Source: Macrostomum hystrix
Lineage: Eukaryota > Animalia > Platyhelminthes
Length of the DNA stretch: 64,000 bases
Reading direction: 5' to 3'
Assembly: GCA_950097015.1 (NCBI GenBank)
Contig: CATNEN010000038.1
Span: 31,000,001-31,064,000, forward strand
Shown: positions 60,601-64,000 of the stretch, one piece after another
How positions within the stretch are numbered: position 1 is the first letter of the stretch
How the letters are laid out: the number at the start of each line of letters is the position of its first letter
Translations under genes and position numbers: made by a program
The notes under the pieces: generated by a model
Database searches by the model: none
What the model was told of the DNA's origin: nothing
The model's input: the letters and a program-made list of their open reading frames with translations, nothing else

Positions 60601-63600
60601 GTGCCGCAATACCCTTCAGATTGTTTGATGTGCCGCAATACCCCTTCAGATTCTTTGATGTGCCGCAATACTCCTTCAGATTCTTTGATGTGCCGCAATA
60701 CCCTTCAGATTGTTTGATGTGCCGTAATACCCCTTCAGATTCTTTGATGTGCCGCAATACCCTTCAGATTGTTTGATGTGCCGCAATACCCTTCAGATTG
60801 TTTGATGTGCCGCAATACCCCTTCAGATTCTTTGATGTGCCGCAATACCCTTCAGATTGTTTGATGTGCCGCAATACCCTTCAGATTGTTTGATGTGCCG
60901 CAATACCCCTTCAGATTCTTTGATGTGCCGCAATACTCCTTCAGATTCTTTGATGTGCCGCAATACCCTTCAGATTCTTTGATGTGCCGTAATACCCCTT
61001 CAGATTCTTTGATGTGCCGCAATACCCTTCAGATTGTTTGATGTGCCGCAATACCCTTCAGATTGTTTGATGTGCCGCAATACCCTTCAGATTGTTTGAT
61101 GTGCCGCAATACCCCTTCAGATTCTTTGATGTGCCGCAATACTCCTTCAGATTCTTTGATGTGCCGCAATACCCTTCAGATTGTTTGATGTGCCGCAATA
61201 CCCCTTCAGATTCTTTGATGTGCCGCAATACCCTTCAGATTGTTTGATGTGCCGCAATACTCCTTCAGATTCTTTGATGTGCCGCAATACCCTTCAGATT
61301 GTTTGATGTGCCGCAATACCCTTCAGATTGTTTGATGTGCCGCAATACCCCTTCAGATTCTTTGATGTGCCGCAATACTCCTTCAGATTCTTTGATGTGC
61401 CGCAATACCCTTCAGATTGTTTGATGTGCCGTAATACCCCTTCAGATTCTTTGATGTGCCGCAATACCCTTCAGATTGTTTGATGTGCCGCAATACCCTT
61501 CAGATTGTTTGATGTGCCGCAATACCCTTCAGATTGTTTGATGTGCCGCAATACCCCTTCAGATTCTTTGATGTGCCGCAATACTCCTTCAGATTCTTTG
61601 ATGTGCCGCAATACCCTTCAGATTGTTTGATGTGCCGCAATACCCCTTCAGATTCTTTGATGTGCCGCAATACCCTTCAGATTGTTTGATGTGCCGCAAT
61701 ACTCCTTCAGATTCTTTGATGTGCCGCAATACCCTTCAGATTGTTTGATGTGCCGTAATACCCTTCAGATTGTTTGATGTGCCGCAATACCCCTTCAGAT
61801 TCTTTGATGTGCCGCAATACCCTTCAGATTCTTTGATGTGCCGCAATACCCTTCAGATTGTTTGATGTGCCGTAATACCCCTTCAGATTCTTTGATGTGC
61901 CGCAATACCCTTCAGATTGTTTGATGTGCCGCAATACCCTTCAGATTGTTTGATGTGCCGCAATACCCCTTCAGATTCTTTGATGTGCCGCAATACTCCT
62001 TCAGATTCTTTGATGTGCCGCAATACCCTTCAGATTGTTTGATGTGCCGTAATACCCCTTCAGATTCTTTGATGTGCCGCAATACCCTTCAGATTGTTTG
62101 ATGTGCCGCAATACCCTTCAGATTGTTTGATGTGCCGCAATACCCCTTCAGATTCTTTGATGTGCCGCAATACCCTTCAGATTGTTTGATGTGCCGCAAT
62201 ACCCTTCAGATTGTTTGATGTGCCGCAATACCCCTTCAGATTCTTTGATGTGCCGCAATACTCCTTCAGATTCTTTGATGTGCCGCAATACCCTTCAGAT
62301 TGTTTGATGTGCCGCAATACCCTTCAGATTCTTTGATGTGCCGCAATACCCTTCAGATTGTTTGATGTGCCGCAATACCCTTCAGATTGTTTGATGTGCC
62401 GCAATACACCTTCAGATTGTTTGATGTGCCGCAATACACCTTCAGATTGTTTGATGTGCCGCAATACCCTTCAGATTCTTTGATGTGCCGCAATACACCT
62501 TCAGATTCTTTGATGTGCCGCAATACCCCTTCAGATTCTTTGATGTGCCGCAATACCCTTCAGATTGTTTGATGTGCCGCAATACCCTTCAGATTGTTTG
62601 ATGTGCCGTAATACCCCTTCAGATTCTTTGATGTGCCGCAATACCCTTCAGATTGTTTGATGTGCCGCAATACCCTTCAGATTGTTTGATGTGCCGCAAT
62701 ACCCTTCAGATTGTTTGATGTGCCGCAATACCCCTTCAGATTCTTTGATGTGCCGCAATACCCTTCAGATTCTTTGATGTGCCGCAATACCCTTCAGATT
62801 CTTTGATGTGCCGCAATACCCTTCAGATTGTTTGATGTGCCGTAATACCCTTCAGATTGTTTGATGTGCCGCAATACCCTTCAGATTCTTTGATGTGCCG
62901 CAATACCCTTCAGATTGTTTGATGTGCCGCAATACCCTTCAGATTGTTTGATGTGCCGCAATACACCTTCAGATTGTTTGATGTGCCGCAATACACCTTC
63001 AGATTGTTTGATGTGCCGCAATACCCTTCAGATTCTTTGATGTGCCGCAATACACCTTCAGATTCTTTGATGTGCCGCAATACCCCTTCAGATTCTTTGA
63101 TGTGCCGCAATACACCTTCGAATCCTTTGATGTGCCGCAATACACCTTCGAATCCTTTGATGTGCCGCAATACACCTTCAGATTGTTTGATGTGCCGCAA
63201 TACCCCTTCAGATTCTTTGATGTGCCGCAATACCCCTTCAGATTCTGTGATGTGCCGCAATACCCCTTCGAATCCTTTGATGTGCCGCAATGCCCTTCAG
63301 ATTGTTTGATGTGCCGCAATACCCTTCAGATTGTTTGATGTGCCGTAATACCCCTTCAGATTCTTTGATGTGCCGCAATACCCTTCAGATTGTTTGATGT
63401 GCCGCAATACCCTTCAGATTGTTTGATGTGCCGTAATACCCCTTCAGATTCTTTGATGTGCCGCAATACCCTTCAGATTGTTTGATGTGCCGCAATACCC
63501 TTCAGATTGTTTGATGTGCCGCAATACCCTTCAGATTCTTTGATGTGCCGCAATACCCCTTCAGATTCTTTGATGTGCCGCAATACCCTTCAGATTCTTT

Positions 63601-64000
63601 GATGTGCCGCAATACCCTTCAGATTCTTTGATGTGCCGCAATACCCTTCAGATTGTTTGATGTGCCGTAATACCCTTCAGATTGTTTGATGTGCCGCAAT
63701 ACCCTTCAGATTCTTTGATGTGCCGCAATACCCTTCAGATTGTTTGATGTGCCGCAATACCCTTCAGATTGTTTGATGTGCCGCAATACACCTTCAGATT
63801 GTTTGATGTGCCGCAATACACCTTCAGATTGTTTGATGTGCCGCAATACCCCTTCAGATCTATTTTTACACTCAATATATGCAGAAATACCTTTAATTTA
63901 TGCCGCAATAGCCCTTCGCCTAAGCCTCACCTGTCGTGCATAGTAGTCCTGAGCAGGTGCCTGACAGCGCCCAGATCTTTAATGCAGGCAACGCAGGGAT
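48647..64000 (-). CDS. TRAP1: TRAP1 (mitochondrial HSP90), last two visible exons: >64000-63931 and 48878-48647
   Basis: PCVACIKDLGAVRHLLRTTMHDR|PAEERLRLMDPVLEINTKHPIIRKL...DNALIIAGVLEDPRAMIDRINKLL resembles the TRAP1 C-terminus; AG|GTGAGG donor and TTTTAG acceptor in phase 2. Confidence 0.88.
49030..63860. repeat. ~14.8-kb 29/30-bp satellite filling the last TRAP1 intron
   Basis: About 500 units of GATGTGCCGCAATACCC(C)TTCAGATT(C/G)TTT with recurring variant blocks. Confidence 0.98.

Noticed and set aside
49030-63860. CRISPR-like array and many repeat ORFs
   Set aside because: Head-to-tail units with no unique spacers, no cas genes and a eukaryotic context.

Overview
Eukaryotic (invertebrate metazoan) genomic DNA. 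The innexin, intronic minisatellites and tRNA-SINEs fit a Macrostomum-like flatworm, but that is inference. Positions 1-12291 are a young Ty3/Gypsy LTR retrotransposon with ~2.2-kb LTRs and one gag-RT-RH-IN ORF with no recognisable protease. Its 3-kb 3' region appears to carry a three-exon ANTISENSE gene with its own TATA box, an upstream E-box cluster and poly(A) signals, encoding an 83-aa protein with a C-terminal transmembrane helix. Next come a 5'-truncated, decayed I/Ingi-group LINE with TSD, a second RNase H fragment, SINEs and an 8-bp-TSD MITE. Host genes: RPL8 (3 coding exons; intron 1 holds a candidate box C/D guide RNA complementary to U2 snRNA), a SoxB gene, an intronless 479-aa unknown ORF with a duplicated domain, an innexin, thymidylate kinase, and the 3' end of TRAP1, whose last intron is ~15 kb of 29/30-bp satellite. 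Nearly every host intron carries a different minisatellite, and a deleted maT-like transposon sits inside one intergenic satellite.
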